Shown: piece by piece, positions 45,717 to 53,298 of the stretch
Layout: each line of letters starts with the position of its first letter
Position numbering within the stretch: position 1 is the stretch's first letter
IMG/VR virus record: IMGVR_UViG_3300025015_000009
Location: 1-64,000 of that record
Source of the DNA: a virus
Taxonomy: Duplodnaviria; Heunggongvirae; Uroviricota; Caudoviricetes
DNA length: 64,000 nt
Reading direction: 5' to 3' (one strand)
The notes under the pieces: generated by a model
What the model saw: only the letters and a program-made list of their open reading frames with translations
What the model was told of the DNA's origin: nothing
Databases searched by the model: none
Translations under genes and position numbers: made by a program

Positions 45717-46195
45717 GAGTTAACGAGGTAGTAACCGAAGACGAAAACAATGCCCCTGAGTTTGTTTTTATTATCGGTGGTGCAGGATCAGGGAAGAACT
45801 ACTTTATTAACCACCACCCTGTCTATCGTGGGTACAGGTTAATAGATGTCGATGTTATTAAACAGTCAGTGGACCTGTCAACCGCAATCGGCCTTATTAC
45901 GCCTATGTTAGAAGAAGCGTTTAAGAAGAAACTAAACGTAGTGCATCCTGGAACGGGCGCAAATCTTCCTGCTAGTAAGAACAAGATCGCCCTGGCTAGG
46001 AAACACGGGTATAGAGTAACGCTGTTATTAATTGACACTGATCTAGAAACTGCGGCAGGAAATGTGCAGAAACGCGCCGCGGCAGGCGGCCATGACGTTA
46101 ACATCGACGTTATTGCTAACAGCAACAACAAAGCAAAGAACAACTTCTCCCAGCTAACAGATCTAGTAGATTCATTTGCTGTTATCAAACGGTAG
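45713..46195 (+). CDS. P-loop NTPase/kinase-like protein, same N-terminal family
   Basis: Begins MRVNEVVTED. Walker A GGAGSGKN and Walker B-like TLLLIDTD. 160 aa. Confidence 0.5.
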   Translation: MRVNEVVTEDENNAPEFVFIIGGAGSGKNYFINHHPVYRGYRLIDVDVIKQSVDLSTAIGLITPMLEEAFKKKLNVVHPGTGANLPASKNKIALARKHGYRVTLLLIDTDLETAAGNVQKRAAAGGHDVNIDVIANSNNKAKNNFSQLTDLVDSFAVIKR

Positions 46196-46814
46196 TTCTG
46201 TAAAACTCCTGTAAGTAAGTCATTGCGTAATTTGTTACTGTCGACACGACAATACTATCCTCTCCGAATACCTGTTGATACATCTTGTACGTCGCAGTTG
46301 CCGCTATATCATCGGTTACTGCCGACGGAACAACGAAGTTATTCTTAATAACAACCTCAACAGCTATACTTACTCCGTATGCCTCTATTTCATCTTCATG
46401 GTTTAAGTATAGTTCAACAGTAACACTTGCATCGTTTACGTACTTGTTAGATTGCTTCCATCTCCGTTTACGGTATTGAGATTGATGGCAGTGTTCGTGT
46501 TGCAACGTCTCGCATACCTCTAAGAACAGTCGTCGATAGTCGAGCAACGACATGTCTACGTATTTCTGACCTGGGTTGTAATGGAGTGTCACCTCAATTG
46601 AAGCAAAATTATCTTTATCTTCCTGTGGATCATACAACCCACTAACCAGCACAGTGTTTATGTCAACGGTCGCACATCGGTTTGTTTTGAATATAAAATC
46701 TGAGTCGTTGCATACTCGACGAATGAAACTAGTTAACTTTGCAGGTGAAACGACACCGCTGTGCATCTCCTCTGAGGATACTAATAAGTCAGTATACTTA
46801 CAGAGGAGATGCAT
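46185..46814 (-). CDS. Hypothetical protein
   Basis: 209 aa. Contains HEHCHQSQ. Confidence 0.3.
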   Translation of the reverse strand: MHLLCKYTDLLVSSEEMHSGVVSPAKLTSFIRRVCNDSDFIFKTNRCATVDINTVLVSGLYDPQEDKDNFASIEVTLHYNPGQKYVDMSLLDYRRLFLEVCETLQHEHCHQSQYRKRRWKQSNKYVNDASVTVELYLNHEDEIEAYGVSIAVEVVIKNNFVVPSAVTDDIAATATYKMYQQVFGEDSIVVSTVTNYAMTYLQEFYRTTV

Positions 46815-46817
46815 GTT

Positions 46818-47489
46818 TTACTTATAGAAGATGTGGTTGTCGATTTGCATAACTTTCTTCAGCGACTTGTTCCAAATTGGATCAACTGTTAAATTATGGT
46901 AATGTGTTGCACCGTTGGTAATGTCTGTGATATCTCGAGACTGCGTCTTAAGAGTCAGCAGTGCCATAATCGCCGATTGACTGTCTCTCCATGTTTGACT
47001 GGAAGTTGCAATTGTCGGTAACGAGTCGTTACACGTCCAAGAGAACTGACACACACCGTTGTTCTTGTCTTTTGCATAAACGATGCCGCAAATAGTAGAC
47101 TGTTTTGCTTGTTCGAGTCGATTCAGAACTACTTGCGCGACCGCGAGTTTGCCCATCAGGCTCTCTGCGCCTGCCTCGTAATATACATTCTTAGCCATGC
47201 ATAACAGTTGCTGACTGTCTATCACTCCGTACATCTTAATAATTCGTTGGTTCGACAATATATTTTCGAGATCAGAGTGTAGTATCGTACCAGTTGATGT
47301 TGTTCGTTTAGATGTATTGGTATATTCAGACAAGTCGGCGGTTTGACGGGGCATCAACTTCGATTTCACTTGGTTCATTCCGATTACTAATCCGTTGGGG
47401 TTGAGCGCAACAACAGCAAGTAACAAGAACATAATAACTAACCAACTGGTGGCGAGAAATGGTTTACTAACAAACAGTATCCTTTGCAT
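46818..47489 (-). CDS. Cell-wall hydrolase, SleB/Hydrolase_2-like (candidate endolysin)
   Basis: N-terminal signal-anchor. AKNVYYEAGAESLMGKLAVAQVVLNRL...CQFSW resembles the SleB-type hydrolase core. Upstream lies TTGACA-17-TATAAT at 47531..47563. Confidence 0.55.
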   Translation of the reverse strand: MQRILFVSKPFLATSWLVIMFLLLAVVALNPNGLVIGMNQVKSKLMPRQTADLSEYTNTSKRTTSTGTILHSDLENILSNQRIIKMYGVIDSQQLLCMAKNVYYEAGAESLMGKLAVAQVVLNRLEQAKQSTICGIVYAKDKNNGVCQFSWTCNDSLPTIATSSQTWRDSQSAIMALLTLKTQSRDITDITNGATHYHNLTVDPIWNKSLKKVMQIDNHIFYK

Positions 47490-47575
47490 ATTTCCTCCTA
47501 TTAGAGTTCGTGACTTATTTACTCATCTAACATTATACGTTATCTGGTACTATTTGTCAACCGAATAGAACAGAA

Positions 47576-48130
47576 TTATCCAATAATAACGTCTGCTGAA
47601 CACGTATCTATTTTATGCCCGCAGCTGACAATATCGTCTTTTCGCCCTGCTGCCAATCCCTGCATAGTCACTGTTGAACTTCCGGCCGATACGTAACTAT
47701 TGGGATGCGTTGTGGTTCCTTTTGTTTGCCCTGGGAACGCAACTACTTGTGTTGAATTTGGCGGATAGCCCGATCCCTTTGTGGGGTCCTCAGGATCTTC
47801 TAGTATAGTAACCCCACTTAACATCCACCCTCCCCCTACTAGTGGTGTCATGCTTAACTCGTATGCTGGTGGAATACCACCACCAGCAATTTCCATTCCG
47901 GGATAACTCATATATCCGGTGCCCGAGTATATAACAGCGACTCCGGATATATACCCGTTTGCACCGACTGTCGCCTGGCCAACTGCCGCTACTCCGTTGT
48001 TATGCGTTAGTATCTCGGCACCCACAACAACCGCAGGAATGTTGTTTATTATAACAGTTGGCGCGAGGTTTCCGACAATCGTTCCGCCTGACGCATTAAT
48101 TTTGTCACCTACTCTAGCAGCAAATGGCAT
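47576..48130 (-). CDS. PAAR-like spike-tip protein
   Basis: MPFAARVGDKI...GGTIV...PTVIINNIPAVVVG and the C-terminal CGHKIDTC resemble PAAR repeats. Confidence 0.5.
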   Translation of the reverse strand: MPFAARVGDKINASGGTIVGNLAPTVIINNIPAVVVGAEILTHNNGVAAVGQATVGANGYISGVAVIYSGTGYMSYPGMEIAGGGIPPAYELSMTPLVGGGWMLSGVTILEDPEDPTKGSGYPPNSTQVVAFPGQTKGTTTHPNSYVSAGSSTVTMQGLAAGRKDDIVSCGHKIDTCSADVIIG

Positions 48131-48131
48131 A

Positions 48132-48524
48132 CTAAACTAGAATACTACCTTTAGGAACCGATTGAATACCCGATGTCGTTTCGATGTAATGCTGCTGTAG
48201 CCGGTCAACTATCTCGCACGGAATCATAACATGACTCTTTTGAATAGTTACAGGTTTATTGGGATTCATTGATATCACAGTTTGCATTAACCCTAAACCA
48301 GTTGCGCTGGGGACCACTGTCATTGGTTTCGATACGATATATGCAGTTGGTGTTTCTTCAACTAGCTTCGCTAATACTTCTTCTGAAGTAACAAGTTTCA
48401 AACAGATTACTTCTCCTACACTAATTCCTTTTGTTATAAGCATGTCGATCCCTTTAAATAAGTTCGCACGAGTTACCTGTGCATGATAATGTTTGTGATC
48501 CTTCGGTTTTGTCTTCGTGCTCAT
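48132..48524 (-). CDS. Hypothetical protein
   Basis: 130 aa. Confidence 0.3.
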   Translation of the reverse strand: MSTKTKPKDHKHYHAQVTRANLFKGIDMLITKGISVGEVICLKLVTSEEVLAKLVEETPTAYIVSKPMTVVPSATGLGLMQTVISMNPNKPVTIQKSHVMIPCEIVDRLQQHYIETTSGIQSVPKGSILV

Positions 48525-49467
48525 TGACTACAAACTGATCCCAGTTAATCTTCGGAGTAAGTTTTAACTGTTCTTCATATTCTGCCTTTGAAATCGGTTG
48601 ATACGGTGCTTGAGCATAGGTATGTTCGCTATACGGCAGGAACGATATTCCACCGATCTCATCAAAGTGTTCGTACACCCATGCACCGACTTTCATCCAT
48701 TCGTGCTCACGTACATATACGGTTATAGACACGGTATGCTCTGCCCAATTACGGTAAAACATCAAGTAATGCTCAAGTTGATCAATTGCTGTCATCTCAG
48801 ATGCAATACGGGCATGTGACGGTGACTTAGTCGGAAAACTAAACACCCAGGTTTTATCTGGTTTAGTAACTTCGTCTTCACACTTTATCCCTTGCTCTTT
48901 AAGAAACATTCCGATCGGATCAAGTTTGTCGCTGCGAACAGTTCTAACATAATAATGAGAGTAACGAGGATGAATTCCCGATGAACTATCTACTAATTGT
49001 GATACCGTGCCCGACGGCTTCGTTGTTGTTACGGCTACAGATTGGTTAATGCCTAACTTCTCTGCCCATACCTTGTTTGTTTCGATTGCACATTCTTTCA
49101 TTTTCGTTAACCAAGTTACTGCTTCATCGTTAACGTATCCTAGAACCTGATGGTCCATAATGCCGGTTAGTGACACTCCCAATAGACGTTCCTCTTCTGC
49201 GTTCTTCTTCCAAATGTTTCTTAGATACCTAAACGTAGTTAAACTAGACTGAAACGTACCTACGATAGTAGCAAGTTCTACTTTCTTCAATAATGACTCT
49301 AAAGTGTCATGTTCGCGAATAATTACTTCAGATAAGTTGCAAAATCCGGCTGATCTTAAGAATATTTCACAATTATGCACTAACACATCATTTGCAAAAA
49401 AGTTGCTTGTTTCTGGGACAGTAAAATCATATACATCTTCGTGCCCATCTTCTTCTATTATTAACAT
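48454..49467 (-). CDS. nrdJ: Class II (NrdJ-like) ribonucleotide reductase C-terminal fragment, preceded by an intein C-segment
   Basis: The N-terminal 32 aa MLIIEEDGHEDVYDFTVPETSNFFANDVLVHN carry intein blocks F and G. The extein starts CEIF, completing the N-P-C-C-E active-site motif with the previous fragment. The C-terminal CTGNSCELI is the CxxxxC redox tail. Confidence 0.7.
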   Translation of the reverse strand: MLIIEEDGHEDVYDFTVPETSNFFANDVLVHNCEIFLRSAGFCNLSEVIIREHDTLESLLKKVELATIVGTFQSSLTTFRYLRNIWKKNAEEERLLGVSLTGIMDHQVLGYVNDEAVTWLTKMKECAIETNKVWAEKLGINQSVAVTTTKPSGTVSQLVDSSSGIHPRYSHYYVRTVRSDKLDPIGMFLKEQGIKCEDEVTKPDKTWVFSFPTKSPSHARIASEMTAIDQLEHYLMFYRNWAEHTVSITVYVREHEWMKVGAWVYEHFDEIGGISFLPYSEHTYAQAPYQPISKAEYEEQLKLTPKINWDQFVVNEHEDKTEGSQTLSCTGNSCELI

Positions 49468-50525
49468 TAAAATTTCTCCGTCATAGTTTGGTTAATTAAC
49501 TCAATTATTGATTTTGGTTTTGCATCGAAAGTAAATATCATTCCCGCATAATTATTTTTCTTAGCATAATCAAATGCTCCGTTTATTTTTACACTTAAAT
49601 ATTGTTTCTTGTTCTTCTCTAATAAAAATCCTTTTGTTTCTAGTATATACGTTTTCCCATTGTAAGTAAATATGAAATCTGGTTTATATGTTGTGTTTTC
49701 TAATACGATGCGAAACGGTTCGTAGTCCCAAGAAATTTTATTTGCTTCAAAAAAATCTATATAATTAGATTCATACGACGATCTGGTTAGAACATAATCA
49801 AGACCTCTCTTATGAAATATAAGATCTGTTTTGTCTATACGTTTAAATATTTTTGATCCACAAACATCAGAACAATACAACGCATGATGCCATGCTTTCC
49901 ACTTGTATCGTAACTGCATTAATTCTTCAGTGGGCAATAACACGATTTCATCATACGTAATTTTACTAAAAGTGTCTTCTAACTTGTGTTTTTTGATAAA
50001 ATTAATTATGCTTTTAGCAATAACCCGAGGGTTGAACTGTTTCTTAGACTCATATTGACTATTTAAGTTAATAACATCATTGTCATTCAAGGTTGCTACT
50101 TCGTCATATCCAACTGTTTTTAACTTTTTTCGTAAAAACGAAATAGTATTAACCTCTTTATTGTGCAATTTTCCCTTTTTCATTAACGTTGCGTTAAATG
50201 CTGCGTTTTGCCCAGACGCTGCCAATGCTGACATAAATTTAGAATGTTCTGGGCGTTTTTTACCATACAAAAAGTTACATTCTTTATTTCCGCAGTATCC
50301 GTCGAATTTTACACCCAACACAGCTTGTGAAGATCTGAGAACTCGTTTTGGTTTGCCGCAGCCACACAGCATTTGTTCTATTGTCCACTTTTTATTAACC
50401 AAATAATGGTCTACTACGTTCACATCGATACCCGATAATGCAATATATTCACTTTTATTCATGTGACAACCCTTGTGTTTTATACTATTATTTATCTTTT
50501 TAAAATAACTCACAAGGGTTATCAC
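49467..50525 (-). CDS. Free-standing homing endonuclease (Zn-finger plus PD-(D/E)XK)
   Basis: CGCGKP...C...C zinc ribbon. YKPDFIF...YILETKG is a D...ExK nuclease core. It lies between two RNR fragments. Confidence 0.5.
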   Translation of the reverse strand: MITLVSYFKKINNSIKHKGCHMNKSEYIALSGIDVNVVDHYLVNKKWTIEQMLCGCGKPKRVLRSSQAVLGVKFDGYCGNKECNFLYGKKRPEHSKFMSALAASGQNAAFNATLMKKGKLHNKEVNTISFLRKKLKTVGYDEVATLNDNDVINLNSQYESKKQFNPRVIAKSIINFIKKHKLEDTFSKITYDEIVLLPTEELMQLRYKWKAWHHALYCSDVCGSKIFKRIDKTDLIFHKRGLDYVLTRSSYESNYIDFFEANKISWDYEPFRIVLENTTYKPDFIFTYNGKTYILETKGFLLEKNKKQYLSVKINGAFDYAKKNNYAGMIFTFDAKPKSIIELINQTMTEKF

Positions 50526-50530
50526 CTTCT

Positions 50531-51619
50531 TTATCCGATTAATAATTCGTCATCTGGTTTAATATCTTTTGCCATAATATAACCTCTATTCTTAGTATAA
50601 ACTAGATGATCTTCTGTTACTCGTATAAATTTATTAGTTTTTGTATCGGTTATTTTTAATATCTTAGCATTATTACGAGTCAATGTTGCTGTGGTTACTT
50701 GATTGAATTCTGCTTCATTTTTTTCTAAATTAAACGATCTAATATATATATCGTCGCCACGTTCGTACAATGCAACAGCATCGTCAACGGTCATTCTATA
50801 TTCAATTTCATTGAGTTTAATATCAACTATCATATCACCAGAAACACAACAAGGATTTGCCCCCAGGAACATCTCTTCTGCCTTCTTGGCATCTCGTCTA
50901 CCCAGCTTCTTTATTTTATGCAACGCTGCTTGACGATTAAAGATACCACGCTCACCAGATTTAGATTCATACAACGACTTCCATTCTTGCATAAACACTC
51001 CCATATCGGGTTTTTCTGTATATGCAACAGAATTGTTAGCAAGAGCACGTTGAGGATTGTCTATCCACCATTGCCCGTTTTTAGCACTTCGCATCCTGTC
51101 GTCAGATAAGTTCGACAAAGAAATCTGCGCTGATCTCCTTACACCACCTACGACAATTGCAGATGCTATGCTGTTTAGAATATCGTGACATTCAATTGAC
51201 TGCAATTTACGGCCAGCAGCGTTTCTAAATACGCGAACTGTGAACTTAAATAACTCTTCCAGTGGTGTGGGACCAGAGCTTCTACCACCGAACGTCTTCA
51301 ACGGCGCGCCAGCAGGACGCAATGCGGTTAGGTCCCACTTCGGCACTTGGCCAGAGTATAGCATTGCAATCAACTCTCTAAACGCCGACGACCATCCAAT
51401 TTTCGAATCTCTCACCTTTATTACAGTATCAGTTTCGTGAAAATCCTCAGAGACTGCCGGCAATCTAGATACTGCTTGTCGTTCAACTGAAAACCCCACT
51501 CCTGATCCACAGTTATGCACGAGTGCGCCATTGCTTAACACAAAATTATGATTGATCGGAACGGTAATGTCCCAATAATTTCTTTCGTCTTTGATTATAC
51601 TCTTCTTAATTATCTTCAT
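50531..51619 (-). CDS. nrdJ: NrdJ-like RNR middle fragment flanked by an intein C-segment at the N-terminus and an intein N-segment at the C-terminus
   Basis: The N-terminal MKIIKKSIIKDERNYWDITVPINHNFVLSNGALVHN is a C-intein. The extein CGSGVGFS...LRPAG... matches the NrdJ glycine loop and ELRP region and ends ...GANPC. Then CVSGDMIVDIK...TEDHLVYT is an N-intein, followed by a stop. Confidence 0.7.
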   Translation of the reverse strand: MKIIKKSIIKDERNYWDITVPINHNFVLSNGALVHNCGSGVGFSVERQAVSRLPAVSEDFHETDTVIKVRDSKIGWSSAFRELIAMLYSGQVPKWDLTALRPAGAPLKTFGGRSSGPTPLEELFKFTVRVFRNAAGRKLQSIECHDILNSIASAIVVGGVRRSAQISLSNLSDDRMRSAKNGQWWIDNPQRALANNSVAYTEKPDMGVFMQEWKSLYESKSGERGIFNRQAALHKIKKLGRRDAKKAEEMFLGANPCCVSGDMIVDIKLNEIEYRMTVDDAVALYERGDDIYIRSFNLEKNEAEFNQVTTATLTRNNAKILKITDTKTNKFIRVTEDHLVYTKNRGYIMAKDIKPDDELLIG

Positions 51620-52493
51620 TATTTTTCCTTTTTATATTGCCTCTCGTCCATCCAACCGGATCTTCTCCTGGGGTAAATCTCTTTACTATTATACCATTAT
51701 TAAAATTTACTTTACCTTTGTTGGCTAAACTAATTTTATCCTTTACGTCTTGTCTCTTAGATGGATTGTTGTTCCCGCTTGTTTGCGGCCGAGCTACACC
51801 AATTTGTGCTTTACTAATTTTATCCTTTACATCTTGTCTCTTAGACGGGTTATTGTCTCCCCAATGAGAGGTTTTACCCAAATTTCCTAATACCCATCCT
51901 AGTGGTTCTGTCCCAGGACGAAACCTCTTAACTATTGTTCCGTTGTTATAATATTTTGCACCTTTACCTGAGTCTGGAATTTGTCCAGGTAATCTACCTC
52001 TAATCCATCCTAGTGGTTCTGTGCCCGGTGTGTATCTGTATTCTGCCGTTTGATTGTTAAAATACTTCTTACCTCTTATACTAGAACTCGTGTATTTCTT
52101 TAATTTAGTCTCTACTGTATCTTTTTTACCTGTACGTGCGTTACTTAGATTCTGTTTATGTGAGTCAGTAAAAGGTAATTGCTTATACTCTCCCAAGACT
52201 CCCCATTTAAATGCATGAGGGCATGTATTTTTTTGATTATAGTAATTAGTATCAAATACTGCATTTAGTTCGTTTATAATATCAAATTCTTTCTGATATA
52301 ATTCTTTTGCAGAATTGAACTCGAAGTGCAGTATTTGTCTCTTAAATGAATCGATCCCGTATTTGTTAATTGCAGCCACAAAGTATGTCCCCGAACCGAT
52401 ATACCCATCATCTACTCGACCAACATGAGAACCTACATACATTTTACCATTGATTAAATTTACCCACTTATATACAAATCCAATATATTCCAC
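51606..52493 (-). CDS. GIY-YIG homing endonuclease with NUMOD repeats
   Basis: YIGFVYKWVNLINGKMYVGSH is GIY...YIG. KRQDVKDKIS occurs twice. It lies between RNR fragments. Confidence 0.7.
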   Translation of the reverse strand: MEYIGFVYKWVNLINGKMYVGSHVGRVDDGYIGSGTYFVAAINKYGIDSFKRQILHFEFNSAKELYQKEFDIINELNAVFDTNYYNQKNTCPHAFKWGVLGEYKQLPFTDSHKQNLSNARTGKKDTVETKLKKYTSSSIRGKKYFNNQTAEYRYTPGTEPLGWIRGRLPGQIPDSGKGAKYYNNGTIVKRFRPGTEPLGWVLGNLGKTSHWGDNNPSKRQDVKDKISKAQIGVARPQTSGNNNPSKRQDVKDKISLANKGKVNFNNGIIVKRFTPGEDPVGWTRGNIKRKNNEDN

Positions 52494-52533
52494 ATTGCCT
52501 CCACATACTTTATTTATGCGGCACTAGGGTACA

Positions 52534-53199
52534 CTAACCTATTTCGTTATAATTTTTTATCTCGTCGACCTCGGTTAAATCTTTAGCCTCTACCCATCCA
52601 CGATTGTTAGTGAAAAACTTGTGGTCAGCAGTGCAACGAACAAATGTCCCATCTTCGAACTCTAATTCGATTTTGTCTCTGTGGCTTGACGGGGTTTCCG
52701 CTATAACAGACGGGCATGTATATTCGAATTGGTTAAGCTCAGTATTAAAACTTAACACTTCGTCAGTATAAACTAACTCAGATATTTTCTTATCACCTAA
52801 TTTAGTTTTAACCATTGTGTTAGGTTCAAAACACATTAGCAAATACATAGTCTCATCGAATGCGCGCGGATCATCAACTGCAATGTACGCACAATTGTAC
52901 CCGGCAGCCGCATCGCGCTCAAGGGCTTTACCGGCAGTCATTAATGCTCGCATCGACGGCATAACTTCTAGCTTGTTAATTGCATCGTATACTTCTTCTT
53001 TTGGAAAAAGACCTGGATACTTCTCGTCAAAGAACGTAACATACCGACTTATTGTTTCTTCCCAGGTTTCTCGTCGCTGCAAATCTGGAATGTACCTAGC
53101 GTACCTACTCATAGCAATGTATCGTTGGTAGTCTGACATGTTACTGTAATTGGATTTCATTTTTCTCTTTTCTTTAATTATTTGGTGCGGCCAGAACAC
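52534..53199 (-). CDS. nrdJ: NrdJ-like RNR N-terminal fragment followed by an intein N-segment
   Basis: SRYARYIPDLQRRETWEETISRY...MPSMRAL... is typical of the class II RNR N-terminus. The extein ends ...MYLLM. Then CFEPNTMVKT...CTADHKFFT (intein blocks A and B) and a stop. Confidence 0.7.
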   Translation of the reverse strand: MFWPHQIIKEKRKMKSNYSNMSDYQRYIAMSRYARYIPDLQRRETWEETISRYVTFFDEKYPGLFPKEEVYDAINKLEVMPSMRALMTAGKALERDAAAGYNCAYIAVDDPRAFDETMYLLMCFEPNTMVKTKLGDKKISELVYTDEVLSFNTELNQFEYTCPSVIAETPSSHRDKIELEFEDGTFVRCTADHKFFTNNRGWVEAKDLTEVDEIKNYNEIG

Positions 53200-53298
53200 A
53201 GTTGGCCGAATTAGGTATGCTCACGTTAATGTTGTGTTAATATTTACTATTATAGATACTACTGAGAATCTTTTCAATGATTATGATTACTACGTGGA

